A DNA stretch of 64,000 nt from an uncultured Gammaproteobacteria bacterium (GTDB taxonomy: Bacteria > Patescibacteriota > Patescibacteriia > UBA9934 > GWF2-40-263), in contig CAZIDX010000007.1 of assembly GCA_964538435.1 (NCBI GenBank), positions 4,399 to 68,398 of the forward strand, given 5' to 3'. The stretch's first letter is position 1. Each line of letters begins with the position of its first letter. Position numbers and translations under genes: made by a program. Under the pieces are notes generated by a model. The model was not told where the DNA came from and searched no databases. It saw only the letters and a program-made list of their open reading frames with translations. Positions 37,590 to 47,524 of the stretch are shown one piece after another.

Positions 37590-38672
37590 CTAAAGCTCTA
37601 CAAAACTGTTGTCTCCCACAATCAGTCTATGTCCTGTTTTTGGATGGGAGCGTTTGTAATCGACAAGCTCAGCATTGACTCCAATAAGGCTGTTTACAAT
37701 GCGACGTGTTGTGTCGATCTTTGCTCCGTCAAACACGATTGAATGCTCGACTTCAGTGTGGTTTACCTGCACGTTGTCTCCGATTGCTGTGTACGGTCCG
37801 ATATAGCTTGATGTGATGCGACAGTTCTTTCCGATTGCGACTGGTCCGCGAATGAGACAGTCAGGGCTAATCTCTGTTCCCTCTCCAATGCTCACAGGCC
37901 CTTGGATTTGCACATCTTCGTGCGGCTCGCAGTCCACTGAGTATCCTTCTCGAGGCGTGTCGTCCATGATGAGCGCATTTCCTTCGATGAGTGCGTTTGG
38001 GGTTCCGGTGTCCTTCCACCAACCTGTGATCTCCTCGTGACCAACTTTTCCGTTATTGATGTACCAGGTGATCATGTCTGTAATCTCGTACTCACCTCGG
38101 CCTGATGGCTCCATTGTTTTAAATGCATCAAAGAATTTTTCGTCAAAGAGATAGATTCCTGTGACGGCAAATGGTGATGGCGGGTTCTCTGGTTTCTCGA
38201 TTGTTTTGATCAGGTTGCCCTGCTCATCGAATTCTGGAACACCGAATCGCTTTGGATCTTTCACTCGAGAGAGCGCGATCATACAATCGAGGCCTTCGTT
38301 TTGGAATCGATCTACGAACTTATTGATGCCGCCAAGAATAATGTTGTCACCCAGGAAAAACAGGAAACGCTCTCCTTTGAGATGCTCCTCTGCGTTTGCA
38401 ACAACGTGCGCGAGTCCTTTTGCTCCGCCGCGCTGCTCGAGGTAGGTGATCTTGGCACCAAACTCAGATCCGTCTCCCAGGTTCTCTGACATGTACTTCA
38501 CCTCGCCTGGGTTCACGTTGATGATGATGTCCTTAATCCCTGCATCTGTGATCTTTTTTAGGACATACCAAAGCATTGGCTTGTTAGCCAGCGGAATGAG
38601 ATGTTTGTTTCGAGTCCAGGTAATTGGGCGTAATCGCGTTGCGTGCCCGCCTGCTGCAATAAGTGCTTTCAT
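37590..38672 (-). CDS. rmlA: Glucose-1-phosphate thymidylyltransferase (long form)
   Basis: AAGGHATRLRP, LGDN, PSGRGEYEITD, WWKDTG and a C-terminal LbH region. Confidence 0.9.
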   Translation of the reverse strand: MKALIAAGGHATRLRPITWTRNKHLIPLANKPMLWYVLKKITDAGIKDIIINVNPGEVKYMSENLGDGSEFGAKITYLEQRGGAKGLAHVVANAEEHLKGERFLFFLGDNIILGGINKFVDRFQNEGLDCMIALSRVKDPKRFGVPEFDEQGNLIKTIEKPENPPSPFAVTGIYLFDEKFFDAFKTMEPSGRGEYEITDMITWYINNGKVGHEEITGWWKDTGTPNALIEGNALIMDDTPREGYSVDCEPHEDVQIQGPVSIGEGTEISPDCLIRGPVAIGKNCRITSSYIGPYTAIGDNVQVNHTEVEHSIVFDGAKIDTTRRIVNSLIGVNAELVDYKRSHPKTGHRLIVGDNSFVEL

Positions 38673-38807
38673 AAGAAAATGATACTAAACCTTTAAAAAA
38701 GGTACGTCAAGTGTTCCCCCTGCTTCTAGACTACGTTGGATGCGGGCTCTGGTCAATGAGAAAACCCGCCACAGCAATGCCGTAGCGGGTCTCGTCCCTT
38801 GCGGGTT

Positions 38808-39989
38808 CTAGCGGGAGCTGAGCTCTGCGCGGATGCGCTCTTGCTCGACCTTGATCTCTTGGAGCGTCGAAGCCACTGCAAGCGCGTGCTTGCGCTCGCT
38901 CATCTCGAACTTGATCTCGGTGATGTGACCACCGTAGCGCTGGTCGCTCATCTCACCCATCCAGGCAGTGCTGCCATGGAGAGTCTGGAGGCGCACCTTC
39001 CACATCCCGTCATTGCGGCGGGACTTGCGCCTGAGGTAGCGGATGACTCGCTCGAGGTCGTCAGCCAGGATACCGTTGAAGCACGGAGGTGATCCAACCC
39101 AGTCTTCGAGGCCGAGGAACACTTCGATGCGTGCATCCTGACAGACTGACATCTTCAGATCGTAGTTGAAACCAGGCCCCATCCAGCTCACACACTTTTC
39201 GAGCACGGGCTTGGATGCACGCACAGGTACTGCTCGCGGAGGCTCGATGAGCCCCTTGAGCTGCGCCTTCATCAGTGCGGCAGAGGTGAACCCGTCCGTG
39301 ATCACCCCATCGCGCACCATTTCGTAAAGCTCGGTGAGACTCAGAACCACAGGTCCGAGCACGGACTCGGAAACGTCACGCGAGATCTTGCTCTCGTCGA
39401 TGATGACGTCGGTGATCATGAGGATCTCGGGGTCCATGCCCAGCACACCCGTATCAGGGTCTGTGATGCCGAGCGGGAACATCCTGGAGGTCTTGGTCAG
39501 GATTGCTCCGACCTCCTCCTGGGCCTCGCGGATGGCGCACTCTTCCATGGCTTCGTCTGGCATGCGTGTTCCGCGCGGAAGCTCGATGGTCCAAGCGCGC
39601 TTGGCGTGCTTGTATGAGCGGACGAGAACGAATTCATTGTCCACGGTCCGCAGCAGCACTGCGGCACCGACATCCCTGCCGATGTTCCACTCGACCACTT
39701 GGTAGGTTCCGACCACGGGCGCTCCGTCTTCCTCGCGCGGAGGAAAGAGCACGGTGTAGACCGGGATGACCCAGTACGGTGTGGTGACTACGCGATGGAG
39801 TCCGATGATCTGAACTTCGCCCTCACTCCAGTCTCCCAGAGGAACACTTTCGTCTTCCAGGCTCGCGACCACACGCTCGATAGCTTCTCTTCGAGTGCTT
39901 TCGGCGTACTTGACCCGGGCGCGCCTGAGCGATCCCTTGGCCAAACTCACCCCCAGGTCAATGACCTGATACTTGTCTTCCTTTCCCAT
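38808..39989 (-). CDS. NUDIX hydrolase (ADP-ribose pyrophosphatase-like) with extra domains (GC-rich unit)
   Basis: IELPRG...CAIREAQEEVG, PDTG and ITDGFT. Start uncertain (39989 or 40022); promoter TTGACA-N17-TAAATT at 40127-40099. Confidence 0.75.
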   Translation of the reverse strand: MGKEDKYQVIDLGVSLAKGSLRRARVKYAESTRREAIERVVASLEDESVPLGDWSEGEVQIIGLHRVVTTPYWVIPVYTVLFPPREEDGAPVVGTYQVVEWNIGRDVGAAVLLRTVDNEFVLVRSYKHAKRAWTIELPRGTRMPDEAMEECAIREAQEEVGAILTKTSRMFPLGITDPDTGVLGMDPEILMITDVIIDESKISRDVSESVLGPVVLSLTELYEMVRDGVITDGFTSAALMKAQLKGLIEPPRAVPVRASKPVLEKCVSWMGPGFNYDLKMSVCQDARIEVFLGLEDWVGSPPCFNGILADDLERVIRYLRRKSRRNDGMWKVRLQTLHGSTAWMGEMSDQRYGGHITEIKFEMSERKHALAVASTLQEIKVEQERIRAELSSR

Positions 39990-40183
39990 TTTGACTCGCT
40001 TTGGACCAGGCTGCACGAGCATGGCGCCGAAGTGTGAGTGTGAATACACGAACATCCTGCATGAGAATGCCGCGTGCACTGCTGGGTAGCAGAGGAGGAA
40101 TTTACCATAAAATAAGGGTTTTGTCAAGGTAAAAAAGCAATCAAAAAACCCGGCTTGAGCCGAGTTTTTCTCTTTGTTTATCT

Positions 40184-41056
40184 TTAGCACGTAGGCCCAA
40201 CTTCGTCTGATTCCCCTTTTTTCTTTGCCTCTGCATACTTTTCCATTGTGTCGTGGAGTGCTTCGTAGATTGGACGCATTTTGATTCCCACCTTCTCTAA
40301 CTCTTCTGATGCTAGGAAATTGTTTGATCGCCCTTTGGCAGCAAGCCCTTGCTCTACGAGCTCTTCGTTTGAGATCCATTCGTTTGTGTGCGTTGGATCT
40401 ACGAGCTCTTCGTAGAGTTTGATGAGGTCGCGATGCTTCATGGTTCCTGGGTTGGTGACGTGGAAGATGCCGGCGGCTTTTTTCTCCATGAGCTGGTAGA
40501 AGACGTCGATCATGTCATCGAGCACGGTTACTGAGTTTTCAACATCGATGACCTTTGGGAAACTGGCGACCTTGTCGATGAGGTTTCCTGGTGCTGGGAT
40601 CCAATCGATTGGCATACGAATGCGTGCGATCCCGACGTTTGGCAGTGTTGAGAGCATAAGGTCGGCGGCCCACTTTGATCGTGAATACACTGGGTGTGGG
40701 TTCCCAAAATCACATTCTCGCCAGGCGTTGTCATCGTGATGCGATTCGCCGTAGAAAATGCAGCCTGAGCCCATGTGAAGCAGGTAGAGATCTTTTTCTG
40801 AGCAAGCTTCAGCTAGGATCATTGGCAGGATCGTATTCCCTCGCATGGTTTCGACTTGATGATCCTCACACCAATCAACGTTTGGGCTCCCCTTGATACC
40901 AGCGGCATTAAACACAACATCTGGCTGCACGCGTTCGATCTCGTCGAGCATGTCTTGCTTTGTGTTGATGATGGCGTCTGAGAGCACGGCATCATCGCCC
41001 CACTCATCTGCACAGCGCTGCCCCATGTACCCTTTTCCGATGATAAGAATTTTCAT
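40184..41056 (-). CDS. NDP-4-keto-6-deoxyglucose 3,5-epimerase/4-reductase-like SDR (RmlD family)
   Basis: GKGYMG, AAGIKGSPNVDWCEDH, GSGCIF, YSRSK and RIRMPI. Confidence 0.8.
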   Translation of the reverse strand: MKILIIGKGYMGQRCADEWGDDAVLSDAIINTKQDMLDEIERVQPDVVFNAAGIKGSPNVDWCEDHQVETMRGNTILPMILAEACSEKDLYLLHMGSGCIFYGESHHDDNAWRECDFGNPHPVYSRSKWAADLMLSTLPNVGIARIRMPIDWIPAPGNLIDKVASFPKVIDVENSVTVLDDMIDVFYQLMEKKAAGIFHVTNPGTMKHRDLIKLYEELVDPTHTNEWISNEELVEQGLAAKGRSNNFLASEELEKVGIKMRPIYEALHDTMEKYAEAKKKGESDEVGPTC

Positions 41057-41058
41057 AG

Positions 41059-41535
41059 CTATCCTGTTTTGGCTTTAATTTCTTGTTCTATTTTCTCAAA
41101 CCACTCAAACGCAGCTTGGCCTCCTGATTTTTCGAATCTGAAACTTATTGAGTATTTGTTTCCGTCAGATCCCTGGAACCTCACGCGGCCTTTGTATTTT
41201 CCATTGTCTTTTCGCTTGCGAGTTTTTAAATCATACATCTGCGACGTGCTGATGTCGATCATGTCGTTTGGGTATGTGAGTGTAACGGCATTACCGTTTA
41301 TACGCACGTGACGAATGCCTGTTTTGATTTGTTTGACTGCAAGAAAAATACCAATGAGTGGAATGATTATGAAGACAGCTACAGGAATGAGCTCAACAAT
41401 ATGTTCGCCACCCTCTGTGATTTCCACAAAGATACTAAACGCCATTGCAATTGCTATTGCACCCATAATTGCGCTGGCAACAACTCCTTGCCGCGTCTTG
41501 AACACTTCGTATTCGATTGGTTTATCGATGTCCAT
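41059..41535 (-). CDS. Hypothetical 2-TM protein
   Basis: 158-aa ORF inside the operon with two hydrophobic helices. Confidence 0.65.
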   Translation of the reverse strand: MDIDKPIEYEVFKTRQGVVASAIMGAIAIAMAFSIFVEITEGGEHIVELIPVAVFIIIPLIGIFLAVKQIKTGIRHVRINGNAVTLTYPNDMIDISTSQMYDLKTRKRKDNGKYKGRVRFQGSDGNKYSISFRFEKSGGQAAFEWFEKIEQEIKAKTG

Positions 41536-42523
41536 ATTGTTTTTCGTAATACTCTTGGTACGCGCCAGATCGGCAGGCGTCTACCCATTCTTGGTTATCT
41601 GTGTACCACTGAACTGTGCGCTTGATTCCTTCTTCAAATGAGATCTGAGGCTCCCAACCGAGTTCGGTGCGGAGCTTTGTGGCATCAAGAGCGTAGCGAC
41701 GGTCGTGTCCCTCTCGGTCCTTTACGTACTCGATCGCGTCCTCTCCCCGCCCAGTGAGCTCGAGGAGCTTCTTTACCACCTCCATGTTTGGCACACGGTA
41801 GCCTGTTCCGATGTTGTAGGTCTCACCAAGCTTTCCTTCGCGTGCGATCAGGTCGATTGCGCGGCAGTGGTCCTCTGTGAAGATCCACTCGCGCACTTGC
41901 ATACCGTCTCCATACACTGGCACGGTCTTTCCTTCTTTGAGGTTCATGGTGAAAAGTGGAATGAGTTTTTCTGGGAACTGGCGCGGTCCGTAAAAGTTTA
42001 CTGAGTTCGTTACGATCACAGGTGTGTCATAGGTTACAAAGTACGAGTAGCACAAGTGGTCAGCTGCTGCCTTTGATGCTGAATATGGTGAGCGTGGCTC
42101 GAATGCATCACCTTCTTTACTCTCGCCTTCCATGACCGCGCCATAGACCTCGTCGGTTGAGATGTGGACCATGCGCGGGATGTTGTGCTTTCGCACTGCC
42201 TCGAGGAGTGTGAAGACTCCCATGATGTTTGTTTCAAGAAAAGCGCGCGGCTCGAGGATGGACCGGTCCACATGTGTCTCGGCAGCGTAGTTGATGATGA
42301 GATCAACGCCTTGCACGGCCTTGTCTACATCTTCTGGGTTTGCAATGCTTCCTTTGATAAAGGTGTAGCGTGGATCGTCCTGGATGTCAGCAAGGTTATT
42401 CAGGTTCCCGGCGTAAGTAAGGTTGTCTAGGTTCACGATCTGAGTATCATCATACTTGTCGAGTAGATAGTGGATCATGTTTGAGGCCATGAACCCCGCT
42501 CCCCCTGTGATTAGGATTTTCAT
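41522..42523 (-). CDS. rmlB: dTDP-glucose 4,6-dehydratase
   Basis: TGGAGF, AAETHVDRSI, STDEVYG, YSASK and GHDRRY. Confidence 0.95.
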   Translation of the reverse strand: MKILITGGAGFMASNMIHYLLDKYDDTQIVNLDNLTYAGNLNNLADIQDDPRYTFIKGSIANPEDVDKAVQGVDLIINYAAETHVDRSILEPRAFLETNIMGVFTLLEAVRKHNIPRMVHISTDEVYGAVMEGESKEGDAFEPRSPYSASKAAADHLCYSYFVTYDTPVIVTNSVNFYGPRQFPEKLIPLFTMNLKEGKTVPVYGDGMQVREWIFTEDHCRAIDLIAREGKLGETYNIGTGYRVPNMEVVKKLLELTGRGEDAIEYVKDREGHDRRYALDATKLRTELGWEPQISFEEGIKRTVQWYTDNQEWVDACRSGAYQEYYEKQYGHR

Positions 42524-42529
42524 AAACGT

Positions 42530-42940
42530 TTAACTAAGTTCATTTTTGATTTGCGCTGCGAGCTCACTGAGCTCTTCTGGTTTTGCCTCGCCAGAGTTCC
42601 ATGGGAGCACACCATCGTCTTTTGTGCGCGGAACAATGTGGAAGTGGGTGTGAAAGATAGACTGCCCAGCCTCGGCACCGACGTTTGTGAGCACATTGAA
42701 TGCATCTGCATCGACTGTGTCACGAATGACTGGCGCGATTTTTCGGATAACATTCATTATGCGCGCGAGATCATCCTCTGATGATGAGAGCATGTCTTGC
42801 TCCTGATTCTTTGGCACGACAAGAGTGTGACCTTTGCTGAGTGGAAAGAGATCGAGAAAGGCAATGACGTGATCGTCCTCGTAAAGGATGTTTGCCGGAA
42901 TCTCGCGATTGATGATTTTGGTGAAGATTGATGGTTCCAT
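42530..42940 (-). CDS. HIT-family hydrolase
   Basis: SIFTKII and AGQSIFHTHFHIVPR. Confidence 0.95.
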   Translation of the reverse strand: MEPSIFTKIINREIPANILYEDDHVIAFLDLFPLSKGHTLVVPKNQEQDMLSSSEDDLARIMNVIRKIAPVIRDTVDADAFNVLTNVGAEAGQSIFHTHFHIVPRTKDDGVLPWNSGEAKPEELSELAAQIKNELS

Positions 42941-42941
42941 A

Positions 42942-43304
42942 CTATTTCTTAAATGCTTTGAGAATGAGCCAAGGGGTTGCGAGTCCGATCACGACCAGAG
43001 CTGCTCTGTACTCGTCTAGCCCTTCGGATGTGTGCCAGATTAGCATGGCCAGAGCGATCCCGGAAATGAGTGCGACCACCTTGTGAACAAGCGGTCTTTC
43101 TCGGTAGGAGTCCATCTCTCTTGACCAAAGCAAGCCAAAGGCAACGATAGCGAGCAGGAAGATGTGCACTGAGACGTAGCGAGAAACAAAGCCGGGTTGA
43201 ACAAGGTCAATGGCCCAGAATGAGATGTATGAAATCAGGGCCACATGGAATCCAGTTCTGGCAATTTCTTCTTTTGGATTGAAATGTTTTCGTTTCCAGA
43301 CCAT
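42942..43304 (-). CDS. Small membrane protein
   Basis: Four TM helices, within the operon. Confidence 0.7.
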   Translation of the reverse strand: MVWKRKHFNPKEEIARTGFHVALISYISFWAIDLVQPGFVSRYVSVHIFLLAIVAFGLLWSREMDSYRERPLVHKVVALISGIALAMLIWHTSEGLDEYRAALVVIGLATPWLILKAFKK

Positions 43305-43306
43305 AG

Positions 43307-43888
43307 CTAGGCACTAAATGGTGTGATGCCGAATTTGTTTAGAACTTCAAGGAGCGGAGCAATAGGCAGGCCGACAACATTGTAGTAGTCACCGTATACA
43401 CCTTTGAAAAGTGCTGCTCCTCCATCTTGGATCCCATAGGCACCTGCTTTATCGAGCGGCTCTCCGGTTGCTACGTAGAGGTCGATGATTTCGTCTGAGA
43501 GATCTTTAAACTCCACGTCTGTAACAATGGCTTCTGAGACTGACTCTCCGGACTCGAGATCTCGAACTGTGAATCCGGTAATGACTTGGTGACGCTTGCC
43601 ACTGAGGGTTTTAAGGGTTTCTTTTGCTTTTTCTGGCGTGTGGGGTTTGCCGAGCACTTGTCCTTCGTGGGCAATAATAGTGTCAGCTGCGACAATCACA
43701 GCATCTTTTTCATCTGTCTTGATCGAATCTGCTTTTCCTTTTGAGAGAAACTTAACGAGCTCCTCTGGAGTCATGTCGAGTGTCATGTCTTCTTCGTAAT
43801 CGTTGTCGATGACCTTAAAAGGTAGACCAACCTGCTCCATAATCATTTTTCTGCGCGGTGAAGTTGAGGCAAGTAGTAGTTTTTTCAT
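43307..43888 (-). CDS. maf: Maf-family nucleoside triphosphate pyrophosphatase
   Basis: LLLASTSPRR, ADT, LGKP, DKAGAYGIQ and NVVGLP; start at 43888. Confidence 0.95.
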   Translation of the reverse strand: MKKLLLASTSPRRKMIMEQVGLPFKVIDNDYEEDMTLDMTPEELVKFLSKGKADSIKTDEKDAVIVAADTIIAHEGQVLGKPHTPEKAKETLKTLSGKRHQVITGFTVRDLESGESVSEAIVTDVEFKDLSDEIIDLYVATGEPLDKAGAYGIQDGGAALFKGVYGDYYNVVGLPIAPLLEVLNKFGITPFSA

Positions 43889-43890
43889 AG

Positions 43891-45321
43891 TTATTTGATG
43901 ATGAGTTCGTCTCGGTACATCCAGGTATTTATTTTGTGGATCATGAGCTCGGCTTCTATGGTGTCGATCCCTGGTGTTGAGAATACAAACTTCCAGGTAC
44001 CATCCTCTTCTGCAAAAAGCTCGGCTGTGTTGAATGAGAGCGTCTTTACCAGCCAACCATCTTGCTCGCGAGGACTTTCGTAGTTTGCAATGACGTAGTC
44101 GACTCCGAGCTCGTCTAGATCTGACATGTACGTAAGCTCGACTGGGTCTGGGTCAAAGTACTGATCGGCTGAGAATGCAATTCCGCCTTCAAGCACGATC
44201 TCGACATCACCTGCTGGTGCGTCAACGATTGAGAGACCTCCTGAGTTAAGCATCTGCGAGTACCAAACATAGGGCTCCTCGATTTCCAGCTCGCTACTGT
44301 TCACAGTCATGGTCTGCACACCTTCTGCGTGCCGCGTTTGCACGCGCATGACCTCTGCTTTGGTCCAGAAGGTTGCTCCAACAGCTGGCTCTGCAAACCC
44401 CACCTCATCCCCTAGATACACCATGTCGAGGAACACCATCTTTTGCTGAGGTGTTTGTATTCGTCTGATAAAGACGTCGTTTGTTGTGTTGATGACAAGC
44501 TTGTACACCCCTTCTGCGAGCCCTGGCACTGAAAGTGTGAGGTGCTCGAGACCTGTTGGAATGGCGTCGCTGCGAATGTTCCCATCGTCTTCTGCGCGCG
44601 CTTCTGCAACAGGCAACCCTTCTTCATTAAACACAACAACAGAGAGAAGGTCTGCGCCTTCGTCTCGGTTCATGTCCATGTAATCAAACTCAAAGAGCAG
44701 GGTTTCATCTTTGATGTATGTTTTGAGCTCGTGGTGACCGCGCAGGGATGCATCGATTGTCTGGATGGTGTCTGTTGGGTTGTAGCCTGTAATGCGGTAT
44801 GGAACATCAAAGCTTGTTTGGTAGGTTGCAACTTCGTTTCGTCTTGGTGGATCTGCAAAGAAAGCGTCAAGGGAGTTGTATGTTGCTTCGCGCTGGAGCA
44901 GCACCAGGCCTTCCTTGTCGATTCTGTTCCAGGTTGAATCCTCAATGATTTTATTGTGGAACGGGAAGAGGGTTGTAACTTCTGGATCTTCTTGATTCAT
45001 TCCCCCAAACTCAACGATTGGGACACTGCTGTTTTCAAACCAGACCTCCACGTCGATTTTCTCAAAGTCTCTGTGTGGGTGCACAAAAAAGAAGGTTGGG
45101 TCTGCCACAATTGGCTGCACCCACAACCCTTGCTCGTTCATGCGGACGTCGCCTGTTCTCTGGCTTGGCTGGATCTCGTCAATGAAGGGTGAGTCTTGTC
45201 CAACAATATGTGAAGCGAAAAAGACCCCGGACGGAACAAACCACTGGGTCGCGAGCCACCCAAGCAAAACGATTGGAGCGGCTATGAGGAAACATTGGAT
45301 GATGCGGATGAGAATCTTCAT
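43891..45321 (-). CDS. Exported hypothetical protein
   Basis: N-terminal TM helix, 476 aa, within the operon. Confidence 0.7.
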   Translation of the reverse strand: MKILIRIIQCFLIAAPIVLLGWLATQWFVPSGVFFASHIVGQDSPFIDEIQPSQRTGDVRMNEQGLWVQPIVADPTFFFVHPHRDFEKIDVEVWFENSSVPIVEFGGMNQEDPEVTTLFPFHNKIIEDSTWNRIDKEGLVLLQREATYNSLDAFFADPPRRNEVATYQTSFDVPYRITGYNPTDTIQTIDASLRGHHELKTYIKDETLLFEFDYMDMNRDEGADLLSVVVFNEEGLPVAEARAEDDGNIRSDAIPTGLEHLTLSVPGLAEGVYKLVINTTNDVFIRRIQTPQQKMVFLDMVYLGDEVGFAEPAVGATFWTKAEVMRVQTRHAEGVQTMTVNSSELEIEEPYVWYSQMLNSGGLSIVDAPAGDVEIVLEGGIAFSADQYFDPDPVELTYMSDLDELGVDYVIANYESPREQDGWLVKTLSFNTAELFAEEDGTWKFVFSTPGIDTIEAELMIHKINTWMYRDELIIK

Positions 45322-46916
45322 TTTTTGTAGATTTGATAGAGGGATTCTTGGTCGTAGGTCTCAATGAGCTTGATTCCCAGGTCCATGTCTGCGAGTCGTG
45401 AATTGTTCAAATATTCAATGTCCTCAGAAGGGAATGTTATGCCGTAATAATACACTGAATCCGTCTTTGTGAGGAGCGGAAGCGCTTCGTATGTAGCATC
45501 ATCGCGGAGCGGGTACATGACCTGTCTGTGAGGGAAGATGATCTTATCAGCACGATCAACAATGATGATACTACTCTCTTGTGTGTGCGTGAGGATGCTC
45601 TCCTGGATCTCCCCTGACCTGGACAGTGTGTCTGCTACTTTTACGAGACCGTCTTGCCCCTGTGAGAACACAGCGTTGAAGTTGAGGAATACCACCATGA
45701 AGAGCAACCCAGCAGAGATGAGTTTTGCTTGCTTTGAATAGATTGTCTGTGCAAGCTTTTCTATTGCAATGGCAATGAGCGGAATCGACAAGATGTACAT
45801 TGGGAGCCAGTAGCGCACATAGGAGTTTGCCATGGTTATTTGGGTTGGATCTGGGTTGTCATGAATCTCCCAACTTCCGTACATGAGCGTGAGGTAACCA
45901 AAGATCATTGCTCCGGTTGCGATAATCCCCCACTTTTTCCAATTCTTTTTGTCTTTCCAGCACACCACCCCCAAACCAATCGCGGCAAGTGATGTGAGCC
46001 ACCAGAACATGGATCCAAAATAGATTGAGAAGTGCTCCCAGGCCGAAGCTGGGTGAATGCCAAACGGGAAGAGCTCGACTGTGTCTGCGGATTCATCTGC
46101 GCTGAGTGTGATCTGAGCTGAATCGATCCCAACCGTATAGCCTGTTGTGAGTGGACCGCCGTATGTGAGTGTGTTGAATGCAAAAAGAATCAAGAGGCCC
46201 AGGGCGAGTCCGAGCAGGCCGCGGAGAAGGTGTTTGTATTTGAGGCGCCTAATATTCAGCGCGAGCAATGCACCCAGAGCCAAGGCGATCCAACCGAACT
46301 CTGATGTTCTTACAAAGAGAGCGAGTCCGAGCGAGAGTCCAGCAAGAATGTCGCTGAGCCATGGTGCTCGCTTGAGTTTTTCAAATGGTTTGCAGACCCA
46401 GAGCCAGAGCGCAAGCACGATCAGATCAATGAAAAGTACGTTGTGCATGAGTCCGCGCGCTGAGTAGTACCAGATGGCTGGGTGGAGCAAGAAGAGTGTG
46501 AATGCCATCAATCCAATCTTTGATCCAAAAAATTTCTCTGTGAGTTTTCTAAATGCCAGCCCTGCACCGACGGTTATTGCCGGAGTGAGCACCCAAAGCA
46601 CCCAGGAACCAAAGAGCGACATAAGGGCGCCATAGAGCACTGGGAGGCCAAGGAAACTGCCTGGATAGAGGTAGCCTTCAACTGAAACTGTGCTGCGTGG
46701 GTGAATGCGATCATCAAGAAAAAGCGAGGTTAAGTTTGGTCCATCATGCAAGACCCCTTCTGCAGCAAAACGCTCTGCAAAAAAGGCGTTTGCTGTCTCA
46801 TCTGGCGAGATGTAGAGCTGCTGCTCATTGATGAGGATGAGTGATGTGAAAAAAAACAGAACCGCTACAGCAGCAACGATCCACCTTCCAGATGACTTCT
46901 TAGAACTAGAGACCAT
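45318..46916 (-). CDS. GT-C (PMT/ArnT-like) membrane glycosyltransferase
   Basis: SPDE in the first loop, many TM helices and YVRYWLP. Confidence 0.7.
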   Translation of the reverse strand: MVSSSKKSSGRWIVAAVAVLFFFTSLILINEQQLYISPDETANAFFAERFAAEGVLHDGPNLTSLFLDDRIHPRSTVSVEGYLYPGSFLGLPVLYGALMSLFGSWVLWVLTPAITVGAGLAFRKLTEKFFGSKIGLMAFTLFLLHPAIWYYSARGLMHNVLFIDLIVLALWLWVCKPFEKLKRAPWLSDILAGLSLGLALFVRTSEFGWIALALGALLALNIRRLKYKHLLRGLLGLALGLLILFAFNTLTYGGPLTTGYTVGIDSAQITLSADESADTVELFPFGIHPASAWEHFSIYFGSMFWWLTSLAAIGLGVVCWKDKKNWKKWGIIATGAMIFGYLTLMYGSWEIHDNPDPTQITMANSYVRYWLPMYILSIPLIAIAIEKLAQTIYSKQAKLISAGLLFMVVFLNFNAVFSQGQDGLVKVADTLSRSGEIQESILTHTQESSIIIVDRADKIIFPHRQVMYPLRDDATYEALPLLTKTDSVYYYGITFPSEDIEYLNNSRLADMDLGIKLIETYDQESLYQIYKK

Positions 46917-47484
46917 ACGTGAACAAACTAATCACTGCGAAAACGATCGCGAGCGAGAGCGTTCCCACACTTACAGGGATAAAGAGATTAAACCCACTCC
47001 AAAGAGCAATGAGGAGAAATGAAACACCTATGACTTGCAGGACCATCTTTGTTTTTCCGAAGATGTTTGCGCTCACTATCTTCCCTTCAGCTTTTCTGAG
47101 CACACCACCGAGCGTGAGCGCAGCCTCAACAATAACGATCAAGAGTCCAAAGATGACATTCACGTGCTTGATGACGACCAGAAGCACGACTGAACCTACT
47201 AGAATTTTATCAGCAACAGGATCAAAGAAGGTTCCCCAGTCTGTGATCTGCTTGCGAAGCCGCGCTATTGATCCATCGAGCGCGTCTGAGAATGCGAGAA
47301 GCAGAAAGAGGGGCATGCCAAGGGAATACTGCTCAAGATAAAGAAGCACGAGTACGAATGGTGTCATGATGATCCTAAAAATGGTCACCATGTTTGGGGT
47401 TACAAACGATGGGACCAAAGGCACAAACGTGTACTTCATGACGTGATCGTGCGGGAACAGCTTGTACGGATCGCGCTCAACCAT
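46906..47484 (-). CDS. CDP-alcohol phosphatidyltransferase (PgsA-like)
   Basis: TPNMVTIFR and DALDGSIAR...GTFFDPVADK. Confidence 0.9.
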   Translation of the reverse strand: MVERDPYKLFPHDHVMKYTFVPLVPSFVTPNMVTIFRIIMTPFVLVLLYLEQYSLGMPLFLLLAFSDALDGSIARLRKQITDWGTFFDPVADKILVGSVVLLVVIKHVNVIFGLLIVIVEAALTLGGVLRKAEGKIVSANIFGKTKMVLQVIGVSFLLIALWSGFNLFIPVSVGTLSLAIVFAVISLFTYGL

Positions 47485-47524
47485 AGTATAATGGATCAGA
47501 AATCCGGCAGACCCGGGATATTCT

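Noticed and set aside
39990-40379. N-terminal 130 aa of the 523-aa track ORF
   Set aside because: This stretch overlaps the rmlD-like gene, a terminator and the unit's own promoter, so the real start is at about 39989-40022.
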